64,000 bases of DNA from Steroidobacteraceae bacterium. Its GTDB lineage: Bacteria > Pseudomonadota > Gammaproteobacteria > Steroidobacterales > Steroidobacteraceae. Every line of letters starts with the position of its first letter. The stretch's first letter is position 1. The position numbers and the translations under genes are program-made. Positions 1-12,305 of the stretch are shown in pieces. The DNA is taken from assembly GCA_035760965.1 (NCBI GenBank), contig DASTRY010000057.1:22178-86177 (forward strand), read 5' to 3'. The notes under the pieces were generated by a model, which was not told the origin of the DNA, did no database searches, and was given only the letters and a program-made list of their open reading frames with translations.

Positions 1-367
1 CCGCAATCGGCTCCAGCACCAGCGCGCACTCGCTCGCAGTGCCGGCGAACCGGTCTCCGACGCCGAGCAACCCAGCAGCGATCGCCCCCTGAACGGACTC
101 CGGGGCGCCGTAATGCGTGAGCCGCGTGACGATCGCCGAAGGCACGAGGCCGTGCTCCATGATCGTCACGAGCACTGCGTCGAGAATCGTGGCTTGCATG
201 CGCGACGGCGCGCGTCCCGTGAGCTGCAGCAGCATCATTTCGCTGAAGCTCACCTTCCCCATCAGGTCCTTGACGAGATCCTTGCCACGGATCGTGATCT
301 GATCGGCGTCGTAGCCGGCGATGCGCGTTGTCCTGCCCTGCGCGGGTTTGTTCGACTTGTCCGCCAT
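1..367 (-). CDS. citrate synthase / citryl-CoA lyase-like family protein, N-terminal part (runs off the window start)
   Basis: My own translation from the ATG at 367-365 gives MADKSNKPAQGRTTRIAGYDADQITIRGKDLVKDLMGKVSFSEMMLLQLTGRAPS...DAVLVTIMEHGLVPSAIVTR...QGAIAAGLLGVG. This is the pattern of short citrate-synthase-fold (citryl-CoA lyase-like) proteins. The frame stays open to position 1. It is absent from the ORF track because it has no stop in the window. Confidence 0.6.
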   Translation of the reverse strand, partial: MADKSNKPAQGRTTRIAGYDADQITIRGKDLVKDLMGKVSFSEMMLLQLTGRAPSRMQATILDAVLVTIMEHGLVPSAIVTRLTHYGAPESVQGAIAAGLLGVGDRFAGTASECALVLEPIA

Positions 368-383
368 GGGCCGTGTCGCTCTC

Positions 384-1832
384 TCAGTGGATCAAGCGTG
401 TGCAGAGATCGAGCAGCGGGCCTGGCAGCAGGCCGAGCAACAGCACCGCCGCCGCATTCAACCCGATCGCGAAGCGCACGCCCGTCTGACGGTCCGCCAC
501 CGGCAGATCCGCCGGCGGATCGAAGTACATCAGCTTGACGACGCGCAGATAGTAGAACGCGCCGATGATCGACGTCACGGCACCGATGATCACGAGCCAG
601 AGGTGATTCGTCGCCCACAGCTCCTGGAAGATCCGCAGCTTCGCCCAGAAGCCGACGAACGGCGGCACGCCGGCGGTCGAGAACATGAGGATCAGCATCA
701 CGAGCGCGAGCAGCGGATCGCGTTTGTAGAAGCCCTTGTAGTGGTCGAGCTCGTCGGCCTCGAACCCCGGGCGGCTCGCCAGCAGGATCACGCCGAAGGA
801 TCCGAGTGCGGTCAGCACGTACACGAGCGTGTAGTACAGCGCTGCGCTGTACCCCGCAGGCGTGCCCGTCACGAAGCCGAGCACGATGAACCCGACGTTC
901 GCGATGGTCGAATACGCGAGCAGACGCTTGAGATTGGTCTGCACGAGCGCCACCAGATTGCCGACGATCAGCGTGAGCACCGCGAGAGCCGCGAGCATCT
1001 GCGACCAATCCGTGACCACGCCCTGCAGGCCCTGACTGAGAAGGCGGAACGCGAGCGCGAAATACGCGAGCTTCGGGGCGGTGCCGATGAAGAGCGTCAC
1101 GCTGGTGGGCGAGCCTTCGTAGACATCCGGCAGCCACATGTGGAACGGCACCGCGCCGAGCTTGAAGGCCACCGCCACGACGATGAAGCCGAGCCCGAGG
1201 ATGACCGCGAGGCTCGCCTTGCCGGCCACGAGCTGCGTGGCCAGATCATCGAGCAGCAGCGTGCCCGTCATGCCGTAGATCATCGACATGCCGTACAGCA
1301 ACGCGCCCGAGGCGATCGCGCCGAGCACGAAGTACTTCATGGCGGATTCCGCGGCGATGCCCGACTCGCGATCGAACGCAACCAGCGCGTACACCGACAG
1401 CGCCAGCAGCTCGACGCCGATGTAGAGCGTCAGCAAGCTGTTCGCGGAGGCGAGCACGAACACGCCGAGCAGCGCGGTCAGCATCAGAACGAAGTACTCA
1501 CCGCGCAGCAGTCCACGCCAGTTCAGGTACGACCGCGAATAGAGCATCGCGAACGCCACGAACAGGAACCCGAACATCTTCAGCACCCACGAGAGCTCGT
1601 CCGCGACGTAGTGGCCGTCGAAGAGCACCGTGCGTGCGCCGACGTGCGCGTACGCGCCAGTAACCGCCGCACCCACGGCGAGCACGACGAGCGTGAAGGT
1701 GGCCGAGAGGCCGCGCCGCGTCTGGCCGGCGAACACGTCCACCATCAGGACCGCGCAGATCATGACGGTGAGATAGATCTCCGGCAGCGCCGGCGCGAAG
1801 CTCGCGAGAGTGACAGGAGTGGTTTCGGGCAT
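384..1832 (-). CDS. nuoN: NADH-quinone oxidoreductase subunit N
   Basis: 482-aa polytopic antiporter-like membrane protein. It is the last gene of a colinear nuoA-N series. Confidence 0.95.
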   Translation of the reverse strand: MPETTPVTLASFAPALPEIYLTVMICAVLMVDVFAGQTRRGLSATFTLVVLAVGAAVTGAYAHVGARTVLFDGHYVADELSWVLKMFGFLFVAFAMLYSRSYLNWRGLLRGEYFVLMLTALLGVFVLASANSLLTLYIGVELLALSVYALVAFDRESGIAAESAMKYFVLGAIASGALLYGMSMIYGMTGTLLLDDLATQLVAGKASLAVILGLGFIVVAVAFKLGAVPFHMWLPDVYEGSPTSVTLFIGTAPKLAYFALAFRLLSQGLQGVVTDWSQMLAALAVLTLIVGNLVALVQTNLKRLLAYSTIANVGFIVLGFVTGTPAGYSAALYYTLVYVLTALGSFGVILLASRPGFEADELDHYKGFYKRDPLLALVMLILMFSTAGVPPFVGFWAKLRIFQELWATNHLWLVIIGAVTSIIGAFYYLRVVKLMYFDPPADLPVADRQTGVRFAIGLNAAAVLLLGLLPGPLLDLCTRLIH

Positions 1833-1841
1833 GGGTTCGCT

Positions 1842-3380
1842 CTAGGGGACCTGACCGACGAGAGCCGCCGGCACCTTGGTCGCAACGGCCTGGTCCACCA
1901 GGTGATGCACGGAAGCCTCCATCATGTTCACGAGAGGTGCCGGGTAGACGCCCATCCCGAGTACCGCGATCGCGAGCACTCCGAGGATGACGAACTCGCG
2001 CACGTTCAGGTCCGTGAGGCGCGCGACATGATCGTTGGCGATGGGGCCGAACACCACGCGCTTCACGAGCCACAGCGTATAGGCCGCACCGAGGATGAGC
2101 GTCACGGCGGCGAGCACCGAATACCAGAAGTTCGCCTTGAAGCTCGCGATGATGACGAGGAATTCGCCGACGAATCCCGATGTGCCGGGCAGACCCGTGT
2201 TCGCCAGCGCGAACAGCACCATGAACGCGGCGAAGCGCGGCATCGTGTTGATGACGCCGCCATACGCCGCGATGTCGCGACTGTGCACGCGGTCGTACAG
2301 CACGCCGACGCACAAGAACAGCGCGCCGGACACGAGGCCGTGCGAGATCATCTGGATCATGGCGCCCGACATGCCCATCACGGCGCCCTTCAGCGCACCG
2401 GTGTTCTGCACGATGTCGAACGCGATGAACGCACCGAGCGTCACGAAGCCCATGTGCGCGATGGACGAATACGCGATGAGCTTCTTCATGTCCGTCTGCA
2501 CGATCGCGACGAACCCGATATAGATCACCGCGACGAGCGAGAGCGCGATCATCAGGAACGCGAGATCGCGGCTCGCGTCGGGCGCGATCGGCAGGCTGAA
2601 GCGCAGGAAGCCGTACCCGCCCATCTTCAGCATGATGGCCGCCAGGATCACCGAGCCGCCGGTCGGTGCTTCGACGTGCGCATCCGGCAACCACGTGTGC
2701 ACCGGCCACATCGGCACCTTCACGGCGAAGGCGAGCAGGAAGGCGAGGAAGATCCAGCGCTGCTCGATTTTCGTGAGCGGCAGCATCTGGAAGCTCGCGA
2801 TCGAGTAGTCGCCCGCCTTCACGTACATGTAGATGAGCGCGACCAGCATGAACACCGAGCCGAGGAACGTGTACAGGAAGAACTTGATGGTCGCGTACAC
2901 GCGCCGCGGGCCGCCCCAGATCCCGATGATCAGGAACATCGGGATCAGCATGGCTTCCCAGAAGAAGTAGAACAGCAGCGAATCCATCGCGCTGAACACG
3001 CCGATCATGAGCCCTTCCATGATCAGGAAGGCGGCGAAGTACTGCGCCGGGCGCTGCTCGATGACCGTCCAGCCGGCGATGATCACGGGCACCGTCATGA
3101 ACGCAGTGAGGAGCACGAGCGGCAGCGAGATGCCGTCCACGCCGAGGTGGTAGTACGCGTTGAATGCCGGGATCCACGGCAGCTTCTCGACGAACTGGAA
3201 CTCCGCCGTGCTGCCGTCGAACTGCGTCATCAGGGGGATGCAGAGCGCGACGGTCACCAGCGACCCGACGAGCGCGACCCAGCGACCCGCGACGATGCGC
3301 TTGTCGCCCATGAGCAGCACCACGACGCCCGTCGCGATCGGGAGCCACACCAGAGCCGAGAGCAATCCGAAACCTTGCAT
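1842..3380 (-). CDS. nuoM: NADH-quinone oxidoreductase subunit M
   Basis: 512-aa antiporter-like membrane protein (..HTWLPDAHVEAPT..), located between nuoL and nuoN. Confidence 0.95.
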   Translation of the reverse strand: MQGFGLLSALVWLPIATGVVVLLMGDKRIVAGRWVALVGSLVTVALCIPLMTQFDGSTAEFQFVEKLPWIPAFNAYYHLGVDGISLPLVLLTAFMTVPVIIAGWTVIEQRPAQYFAAFLIMEGLMIGVFSAMDSLLFYFFWEAMLIPMFLIIGIWGGPRRVYATIKFFLYTFLGSVFMLVALIYMYVKAGDYSIASFQMLPLTKIEQRWIFLAFLLAFAVKVPMWPVHTWLPDAHVEAPTGGSVILAAIMLKMGGYGFLRFSLPIAPDASRDLAFLMIALSLVAVIYIGFVAIVQTDMKKLIAYSSIAHMGFVTLGAFIAFDIVQNTGALKGAVMGMSGAMIQMISHGLVSGALFLCVGVLYDRVHSRDIAAYGGVINTMPRFAAFMVLFALANTGLPGTSGFVGEFLVIIASFKANFWYSVLAAVTLILGAAYTLWLVKRVVFGPIANDHVARLTDLNVREFVILGVLAIAVLGMGVYPAPLVNMMEASVHHLVDQAVATKVPAALVGQVP

Positions 3381-3405
3381 GAACGACCGCCCGCCTGTTG
3401 TTCTT

Positions 3406-5520
<2,115 letters not shown>

Positions 5521-5527
5521 GCGCGTC

Positions 5528-5833
5528 TCATCCTTTCAGCGTATTCAGGTCTTCGACGTTGATGCTCCGGCGCTCCCGGAACAGCACGACGAGAATGGCG
5601 AGACCGATGGCCGATTCGGCCGCGGCCACCGTGAGCACGAAGAACACGAACACCTGCCCGCTCACGTCGCCGAGGTAGCGCGAGAACGCCACGAAGTTGA
5701 AGTTGGCGGCGAGCAGCAGCAGCTCGACGCACATGAGGAGCAGAATCACGTTCTTGCGGTTCAGGAAGATGCCCGCGACCGAGAGCGCGAACAGGATGCC
5801 GGACAGAGTCAGGAGGTGCCCGAGCGTGATCAT
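5528..5833 (-). CDS. nuoK: NADH-quinone oxidoreductase subunit K
   Basis: 101-aa protein with 3 TM segments. It shows a 4-nt ATGA overlap with the nuoJ stop. Confidence 0.95.
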   Translation of the reverse strand: MITLGHLLTLSGILFALSVAGIFLNRKNVILLLMCVELLLLAANFNFVAFSRYLGDVSGQVFVFFVLTVAAAESAIGLAILVVLFRERRSINVEDLNTLKG

Positions 5834-6483
5834 GCGCCCTTCTCCGATTCAGCAGTTGCGGCTTCAGCGGTCGCGGCCGGCTCCTCCGGACGAACCGCGG
5901 CCATCTTCACGATACGAATACGATCCTGGGCGCGCACGGAGGTCTGTGCGCTGATGTCCTGCACCTTGTGGCCGGGCCGCTTGCGCATCGTGAGCGCGAT
6001 GGCGGCGACGATCGCGACGAGCAGCAGCACCGCCGCCAGCTCGAATGGGTACGCGTACTTCGTGTAGAGCACCGTGCCGAGCTCGGTGGTGTTGCTGTAG
6101 TCCCGCGGGAGCGGCGTCGCGCCCTTGGTCATGTCGACACCGAGGCCCTTCGCGGTGACGACGCCGACGATCTCGGCGATGACGACCCCTGCGATGATCC
6201 AGCCGAGCCACGCGTAGCGGGTGAAGCCGCTGCGCAGCTCTTCCGTGTTGATGTCCAGCATCATGACGACGAACAGGAACAAGACCATGACCGCGCCGAC
6301 GTACACGAGCACCAGAACGACGGCGAGGAACTCGGCTTCGATCAGCAGCCAGATCGCGGCGCTCGTCACGAAGCAGAGCACCAGCGACAGCGCCGAGTGC
6401 ACGGGGTTGCGCGAGACGATGACCCCGAGCGCGGATGCGACCAGCACCGTAGCGAATGCGTAGAAGAGAAACTGTACCAGCAT
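5830..6483 (-). CDS. nuoJ: NADH-quinone oxidoreductase subunit J
   Basis: 217-aa membrane protein in the expected operon position. Confidence 0.93.
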   Translation of the reverse strand: MLVQFLFYAFATVLVASALGVIVSRNPVHSALSLVLCFVTSAAIWLLIEAEFLAVVLVLVYVGAVMVLFLFVVMMLDINTEELRSGFTRYAWLGWIIAGVVIAEIVGVVTAKGLGVDMTKGATPLPRDYSNTTELGTVLYTKYAYPFELAAVLLLVAIVAAIALTMRKRPGHKVQDISAQTSVRAQDRIRIVKMAAVRPEEPAATAEAATAESEKGA

Positions 6484-6493
6484 CGGCGGCCCT

Positions 6494-6976
6494 TCAGCGG
6501 TACGGCGCGTCCGCCGCTTTGTCGGCGGAGATCATGGCTTCGTAGCGCTCACCGACCGCGAGCAGCTTGTCCTTGCTCATGATGTTCTCGCCACGGTTCT
6601 CCATGTGGTACTCGTGAATGCGCGTCAGCACGATGGCGTCGACCGGGCACGCCTCCTCGCAGAAGCCGCAGTAGATGCACTTGAAGAGATCGATGTCGTA
6701 GCGCGTCGTGCGGCGCGTGCCATTCGGCGCGACGTCCGAATCGATGGTGATGCACACCGCCGGACACACGGCTTCGCACAGCTTGCAGGCGATGCAGCGC
6801 TCCTCGCCGTTCGGGTACCGCCGGAGCGCGTGCAGCCCGCGGAAGCGCGGCGACTGCGGCGTCTTCTCCTCCGGGTAGTTCACCGTGTACTTCTTCTGGA
6901 AGAACGTACGCAGCGTGACGCCCATGCCCTTCCAGAGGTCGGGCAGCAGAAAGACTTTGAAGATATTGGCAGCCAT
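6494..6976 (-). CDS. nuoI: NADH-quinone oxidoreductase subunit I (2x[4Fe-4S] ferredoxin-type)
   Basis: The C-terminal 160 aa of the 530-aa track ORF begin MAANIFKVF.. and carry two CxxCxxCxxxCP motifs ([24 protein letters not shown]). The ATG is at 6976-6974. The upstream part of the track ORF is out-of-frame overlap with nuoH. Confidence 0.95.
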   Translation of the reverse strand: MAANIFKVFLLPDLWKGMGVTLRTFFQKKYTVNYPEEKTPQSPRFRGLHALRRYPNGEERCIACKLCEAVCPAVCITIDSDVAPNGTRRTTRYDIDLFKCIYCGFCEEACPVDAIVLTRIHEYHMENRGENIMSKDKLLAVGERYEAMISADKAADAPYR

Positions 6977-8040
6977 CAGTGCGACCAGGGACCGACTTTG
7001 AAGTACACCATCACCCCTTCCACCGCGATCCAGACGAGCGTCACCGGGATCAGCGCTTTCCAGCCGAGCCGCATGATCTGGTCGTAGCGATAGCGCGGGA
7101 ACGTGGCGCGGAACCACAGGAAGAAGAACAGGAAGATGAAGATCTTGAGGCCGAGCCAGAAGAAGCTCGGGCGCGCGAGCAGGTTGTCGGCCGGCAGGTA
7201 GCCGTCGAACGGGCTCAACCAGCCGCCGAAGAAGAACACGGCCGTCAGCGCCGAAATCAGGATCATGTTCGCGTATTCGGCGAGGAAGAACAGCGCGAAC
7301 GCCATGCCCGAATACTCGACGTGGAAGCCGGCGACGATCTCGGACTCGCCTTCCGCCACGTCGAAGGGCGCACGGTTCGTCTCGGCCACGCCGGAAATGA
7401 AATAGACGACCAGGAGCGGGAACAGCCAGAACCAGTTCCAGGACAATGCGCCTCCGGCCTGGTGACGCACGATGTCGCCGAGGTTCAGGCTGCCGGCCGC
7501 CATCAGCACGCCGACGAGCGCGAAGCCCATCGCGATTTCGTACGCAACGATCTGCGCCGCCGAGCGCATGGCGCCGAGGAACGCGTACTTCGAGTTCGAC
7601 GCCCAGCCGGCGATGATGACGCCGTAGACGCCGACGGACGTGAACGCCAGCAGGAAGAGCAGACCCGCGTTGATGTCCGCGATCACGAGCTCCGGCGACA
7701 GCGGAATCACCGCCCACGTCACGAACGCGGGAATCAGCGCGATCGCCGGCGCGATGCGGAACAGGAACTTGTTCGCGTTGGCCGGCAGGATCACTTCCTT
7801 CAGGAGCAGCTTCACGACGTCCGCGAACGGCTGTCCGAGGCCCGGGAACAGGCCGAAGATGCCGACGCGGTTCGGGCCTTTGCGCAGCTGCATCCAGCCG
7901 ATGACCTTGCGCTCCCACAGCGTCAGCAGCGCGACACAAATGATGAGCGCGACGGTGACGAGCAGGATCCATGCGGTGGAGCGCACGTACTCCGGCAGCG
8001 CCATCCATTGAGCGACGAAATTGTTCACGGCGTCTTGCAT
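6976..8040 (-). CDS. nuoH: NADH-quinone oxidoreductase subunit H
   Basis: 354-aa NuoH/ND1-like membrane protein (..[27 protein letters not shown]..). Confidence 0.95.
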   Translation of the reverse strand: MQDAVNNFVAQWMALPEYVRSTAWILLVTVALIICVALLTLWERKVIGWMQLRKGPNRVGIFGLFPGLGQPFADVVKLLLKEVILPANANKFLFRIAPAIALIPAFVTWAVIPLSPELVIADINAGLLFLLAFTSVGVYGVIIAGWASNSKYAFLGAMRSAAQIVAYEIAMGFALVGVLMAAGSLNLGDIVRHQAGGALSWNWFWLFPLLVVYFISGVAETNRAPFDVAEGESEIVAGFHVEYSGMAFALFFLAEYANMILISALTAVFFFGGWLSPFDGYLPADNLLARPSFFWLGLKIFIFLFFFLWFRATFPRYRYDQIMRLGWKALIPVTLVWIAVEGVMVYFKVGPWSH

Positions 8041-8054
8041 CGTTCGCTGGGGAC

Positions 8055-10454
8055 TCAGTAGTGCACGGGCGGCGTGCGGCCTTCACGCGTCTTCTGCAAC
8101 GACGGCGCGCGGCGCACGATGGCGTCGGCTTGGTACATGTTCAGATCGACGAGCGGCGCTGCCGCCGGCGCGCCGTTCACACTGTGCGTGCCGGTGTAGC
8201 TCGTCGACAGCGACGGGCCGCATGCGCGGCGCAGCTCATCGCGCACCTCCTCCGACGAGTTGTAATCGAAGCCGCTTAGGTGCAGAAGGTTGCCGAGCAC
8301 GCGCAGCACCTTCCAGCCCGGGCGCGCTTCGCCGAGCGGCGGCACCGCGCCGGCGTAGCTCTGCCACTTGCCTTCGAGATTGACGAACGTGCCGGAGGTC
8401 TCCGCATACGTGCCGATGGGCAGGATCACGTGCGCCGTTTGCTTGAGCGTCTCGCAAGCAAACGGGGTGATCGCCACGACGAAACCCGCGGCCTGGAGCG
8501 TCTTCGTCACCTCGCTGTCGAGCGCGTCGATCCACGGCTCGATGCCGCCGAAGAGGACGTAGGCGCCGAGCGGCTTCTTCAGCATTTCGTTCGCGTTGAG
8601 TCCGGCGGTTGCCGCCGGCTTCGCGCCGGGCGCCCGATGCGGAACGGCGCCCGCGAGGTATGCGCCGGCGGCATTGCCGCCTTCGGCGAGCACCCCGAAC
8701 GTCGCACCTGTCGCAGCGGCAATTGCGGCTGCAAGCGCGCGCACATCTGCATACGCGGAATGGCGGAGCGCAAGTGCGCCGAGCAACACGTGGCGCGGTC
8801 CGCCGCTCGCCGCATTGGCCGGAGCATTTGCGGATGCATTCGGTGCCGGGTGAGCGCCGCTGGACACGCCCGCCGGCGTGCCGGACTGCGCACCCGCCGG
8901 CGCGCCGCCCGCTCCGGTGCCGCTGGGAGCAGCCGTGCCAGCCGCGGCATTTGCGCCGGTATTCGCGGCGCCGGCAGTGGCGGCCGACGCAGCGCCCGTC
9001 GAAGCCACAGGGCCGCCCGCAGCGGCCGCAGAGCCCGCGGCTCCATCTCGGAACGCTCTCGCGAGCGCCCGATGCGAATCCGTCACGGTGGCGGTTCGAA
9101 CGATGCCGACGAGATGATCGGGCACGCGCGCACCATCGCCTGCGAGCACGGCAAGAATCGCCGCGAGATCGTTCACCAGATTCGCGCTCGGCGACTCGAG
9201 GTAGCTCGCGACCGGGAACAGATAGTCGAAGCGCGCGGGATTGACGAACGAAACCTTCGCCCCTTTGCGCGCGGCCTTGCGCACGCGATGCGCCAGCATC
9301 GGCGCCTCGCGCCGCAGATTGGAGCCGATCACGAGAAGCGACTTCAGCTTCTCGAACTCGGCAATCGGCAGCCCGAGCGAGGGATGCGCCGGGTCAGCCG
9401 CCTGATCGCGGAAGTCCCGTTGCCGCACGCGATGATCGATGTTCGCCGACCCGAGGCCGCGCGTAACGCGCGCGAGCAGATAGAGCTCTTCCGTCGTGCT
9501 CGACGCGCTCGCGAGCACGCCGAGATTCGACGCGTTCTCGCGCAACTTGTCCGCTACGGTTTGCAGCGCCGTTTCCCAATCGACCTGCTTCCACTCGTCG
9601 CCCTGGCGCACCATGGGCGCCGTCACGCGTTCCGAGCTGTACAGGCCTTCGTAGCTGAAGCGATCGCGGTCCGCGATCCAGGTCTCGTTGATGGCTTCGT
9701 TCTCGCGCGGCACGACGCGCATGACCTTGCCGCGCAGCACGTGACCGAACGTGTTCGTGCCGATGCCATCGTGCGGCGAGACTAGCGGATGCGAGGTCAT
9801 CTCCCACGCACGCGCCGTGAAGCGATACGGCTTCGACACCAGCGCGCCAACCGGACACAGATCGATGACGTTGCCGGACAGCTCGTGCTGCACGGTCTGC
9901 TCCATCGCCGTGCGCACTTTCATCTGCTCGCCGCGCCCGATCATGCCGAGCTCCTGGAAGCCGGCGATTTCCTCGGTGAAACGAATGCAGCGCGTGCAAT
10001 GAATGCAGCGAGTCATGTCGGTCGCGATCAGCGGCCCGAGATTCTCGTCGGCCACCGCGCGCTTGCGCTCGGTGAAACGCGAGATGTCGCGCCCGAAGCC
10101 GACCGCGAGGTCCTGCAGCTCGCACTCGCCGCCCTGATCGCAGATCGGGCAGTCGAGCGGGTGATTGATCAGCAGGAACTCCATGGTCGCGCGCTGCGCC
10201 CCGATGGCGCGCGGCGACTTGGTGAACACCTTCATCCCCGGTGTCACGGGCGTGGCGCACGCCGGCAGCGGCTTCGGTGCCTTCTCCACATCCACGAGGC
10301 ACATGCGGCAATTCGCGGCGACCGCGAGCTTCTCGTGATAGCAGAAGCGCGGCACGTAGGCGCCGTGACGATCGGTCGCCTGAATGATCATCTCGCCCTT
10401 GCGTGCTTTGCAGGGCTCGCCGTTGATCTCGATGTCGATTAGATCGTCGCTCAC
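8055..10454 (-). CDS. nuoG: NADH-quinone oxidoreductase subunit G (75-kDa Fe-S subunit) with an Ala/Gly-rich insertion
   Basis: N-terminal 2Fe-2S and 4Fe-4S cysteine patterns ([39 protein letters not shown]). I place the start at the GTG at 10454, overlapping the nuoF stop as GTGA, giving [14 protein letters not shown]. Confidence 0.9.
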   Translation of the reverse strand: MSDDLIDIEINGEPCKARKGEMIIQATDRHGAYVPRFCYHEKLAVAANCRMCLVDVEKAPKPLPACATPVTPGMKVFTKSPRAIGAQRATMEFLLINHPLDCPICDQGGECELQDLAVGFGRDISRFTERKRAVADENLGPLIATDMTRCIHCTRCIRFTEEIAGFQELGMIGRGEQMKVRTAMEQTVQHELSGNVIDLCPVGALVSKPYRFTARAWEMTSHPLVSPHDGIGTNTFGHVLRGKVMRVVPRENEAINETWIADRDRFSYEGLYSSERVTAPMVRQGDEWKQVDWETALQTVADKLRENASNLGVLASASSTTEELYLLARVTRGLGSANIDHRVRQRDFRDQAADPAHPSLGLPIAEFEKLKSLLVIGSNLRREAPMLAHRVRKAARKGAKVSFVNPARFDYLFPVASYLESPSANLVNDLAAILAVLAGDGARVPDHLVGIVRTATVTDSHRALARAFRDGAAGSAAAAGGPVASTGAASAATAGAANTGANAAAGTAAPSGTGAGGAPAGAQSGTPAGVSSGAHPAPNASANAPANAASGGPRHVLLGALALRHSAYADVRALAAAIAAATGATFGVLAEGGNAAGAYLAGAVPHRAPGAKPAATAGLNANEMLKKPLGAYVLFGGIEPWIDALDSEVTKTLQAAGFVVAITPFACETLKQTAHVILPIGTYAETSGTFVNLEGKWQSYAGAVPPLGEARPGWKVLRVLGNLLHLSGFDYNSSEEVRDELRRACGPSLSTSYTGTHSVNGAPAAAPLVDLNMYQADAIVRRAPSLQKTREGRTPPVHY

Positions 10455-11770
10455 GCCGCTTTCGCTCCGAGATTTTCGACGATGCTGCGCCCGCCGTGAT
10501 CGATCATGTACTCGAACTCGTGCCGGAAGTGCTTGAGGAAGCTCTGCACCGGCCATGCGGCGGCATCGCCGAGCGCGCAGATCGTGTGGCCCTCGATGCG
10601 GTTCGCCACATCGAGCAGCAGCCCGAGCTCTTCACGCCGCGCCTGCCCCGCGAGCACGCGCTTCAGCAGCCGATTCATCCAGCCCGTGCCTTCGCGGCAC
10701 GGCGTGCACTGGCCGCACGACTCGGACATGTAGAAGCGCGAGACGCGCTCCAGCACGCGCACCATGCACGTCGTCTCGTCCATCACGATGACGGCCGCCG
10801 AGCCGAGCGAGGAGCCCGCCGCGCGCAGCGAGTCGTAGTCCATCTTCGCCTTGAGCATCGTTTCGGCGGGCACGACGGGCACCGACGAGCCGCCGGGGAT
10901 GCACGCCTTGAGCTTGCGGCCGTTGCGCATGCCGCCCGCCATCTCGAGCAGATCGACGAACGGGATGCCGAGCGGCAACTCGAAGTTACCCGGCTTCGCG
11001 ACGTGCCCGGAGACGGAGAAGATCACCGTGCCTCCGGAATTCGGCGGGCCGAGACCCGCGAACCATTGCGGGCCCTTGCGCAGAATCGTCGGCGCGGACG
11101 CGAAGCTCTGCGTGTTGTTGATGGTCGTCGGCGCGCCGTAGAGACCGAAGGCGGCCGGGAACGGCGGCTTGAAGCGCGGCTTGCCGGGCTTGCCTTCGAG
11201 CGAATCGAGCAGCGCCGTCTCTTCACCGCAGATATAGGCGCCGGCACCGACGAACGTGTAGATGTCCATGTCGATGCCGCTGCCCTTGATGTTCTTGCCG
11301 AGGAGGCCCGCGTCGTACGCCTCTTTCAGCGCGGCCTCGAAGCGCGGCACCGGCTCGCCGAGGAACTCGCCGCGAATGTAGTTGTACGCGACGGTCGCAT
11401 TCGTTGCGTACCCCGCGATGGCGAGCCCTTCGATGAGCGAGTGCGGGTTGTAGCGCAGAATGTCGCGATCGTGGCAGGTGCCCGGCTCGCTCTCGTCCGA
11501 ATTGCAGACGAGGTACTTCTGCACCGGCGACTGCCAGGGCATGAAGCTCCACTTCGTACCGGTGGGGAAGCCCGCGCCACCGCGGCCGCGCAACCCGGAC
11601 TGCTTGATCTGATCCGTGATCGAGGGGCGCGGCGGCTTCTCGGCGAGAATCTTTTCCCACACGTCGTAGCCGCCGATCTTGCGGTACGTGTTCAGCTCCC
11701 AGGGGCGCTCGAGCTTCAGCGGCTCGAACACCACGAGATTCATCTTGTCGGCGTAGTCGCTAGCGGCCAT
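10451..11770 (-). CDS. nuoF: NADH-quinone oxidoreductase subunit F (NADH/FMN-binding)
   Basis: 439-aa protein with GLRGRGGAGFPTG and ESCGQCTPCREG motifs. Confidence 0.96.
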   Translation of the reverse strand: MAASDYADKMNLVVFEPLKLERPWELNTYRKIGGYDVWEKILAEKPPRPSITDQIKQSGLRGRGGAGFPTGTKWSFMPWQSPVQKYLVCNSDESEPGTCHDRDILRYNPHSLIEGLAIAGYATNATVAYNYIRGEFLGEPVPRFEAALKEAYDAGLLGKNIKGSGIDMDIYTFVGAGAYICGEETALLDSLEGKPGKPRFKPPFPAAFGLYGAPTTINNTQSFASAPTILRKGPQWFAGLGPPNSGGTVIFSVSGHVAKPGNFELPLGIPFVDLLEMAGGMRNGRKLKACIPGGSSVPVVPAETMLKAKMDYDSLRAAGSSLGSAAVIVMDETTCMVRVLERVSRFYMSESCGQCTPCREGTGWMNRLLKRVLAGQARREELGLLLDVANRIEGHTICALGDAAAWPVQSFLKHFRHEFEYMIDHGGRSIVENLGAKAA

Positions 11771-11774
11771 GGGA

Positions 11775-12305
11775 TTACTTCAGCTCGTCCAGAACCTTGT
11801 CGATCTTCTCGGGCGTCAGGTTCTCGTAGAACACGTGATCCACCATCATCATCGGCGCGCCGGTGCACGCGGCGAGGCACTCCTCTTCACGCTTGAGGAA
11901 GATGCGGCCATCGGGCGTGCTCTCGCCCGTCTTGATGCCGAGCTTCTTCTCGACGTAGGCGACGATCTCGTCGGCACCGCACAGCATGCACGAGATGTTC
12001 GTGCACACGCTGACGTGATGCCGGCCGCACGGATGCAGCTCGAACATCGAATAGAAGCTCGCGACTTCGTACACCTGCACCGGCGGCAGCCGCAGGTATT
12101 CGGCGACGGCTTCGAGCAGGTCCTGCGTCAGATAGCCGTTGTTCTGCTCCTGCGCGGCGCGCAGCGCGGAGATGCAGGCGGAACGCTGCCGCCCCGGCGG
12201 GAATTTCGCGACCCAGTGATCGATCTCCCGGCGCGTGTGCTCGGAGAGCAGCTTCACCTTGGAGACGGGAGCGAGTTTGTCGGTGCTCATTTTTGGGGTG
12301 CTCAA
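11775..12305 (-). CDS. nuoE: NADH-quinone oxidoreductase subunit E (2Fe-2S)
   Basis: 176-aa thioredoxin-like 2Fe-2S subunit (..[18 protein letters not shown]..). Confidence 0.95.
   Translation of the reverse strand: MSTPKMSTDKLAPVSKVKLLSEHTRREIDHWVAKFPPGRQRSACISALRAAQEQNNGYLTQDLLEAVAEYLRLPPVQVYEVASFYSMFELHPCGRHHVSVCTNISCMLCGADEIVAYVEKKLGIKTGESTPDGRIFLKREEECLAACTGAPMMMVDHVFYENLTPEKIDKVLDELK

Noticed and set aside
6977-8086. Extension of the nuoI frame (track ORF 6494-8086, 530 aa) across nuoH. Similar extensions affect nuoB over nuoA (to 15220), dapB over dnaJ (to 28875), ybaB into dnaX (to 54776), orn (to 52551) and dnaX (to 56167).
   Set aside because: In each case, similarity to the known family begins at an internal Met, Val or Leu that gives a canonical protein length. 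The upstream part overlaps a well-supported neighbour out of frame.
8579-9244. Several overlapping ORFs (155, 211, 85 and 79 aa) on both strands within the nuoG low-complexity region. Their clustering could be mistaken for a nested gene cluster or tandem-repeat locus.
   Set aside because: All are translations of the same GC-rich Ala/Gly/Pro-coding stretch in alternative frames. There is no periodic repeat unit and no start signals.
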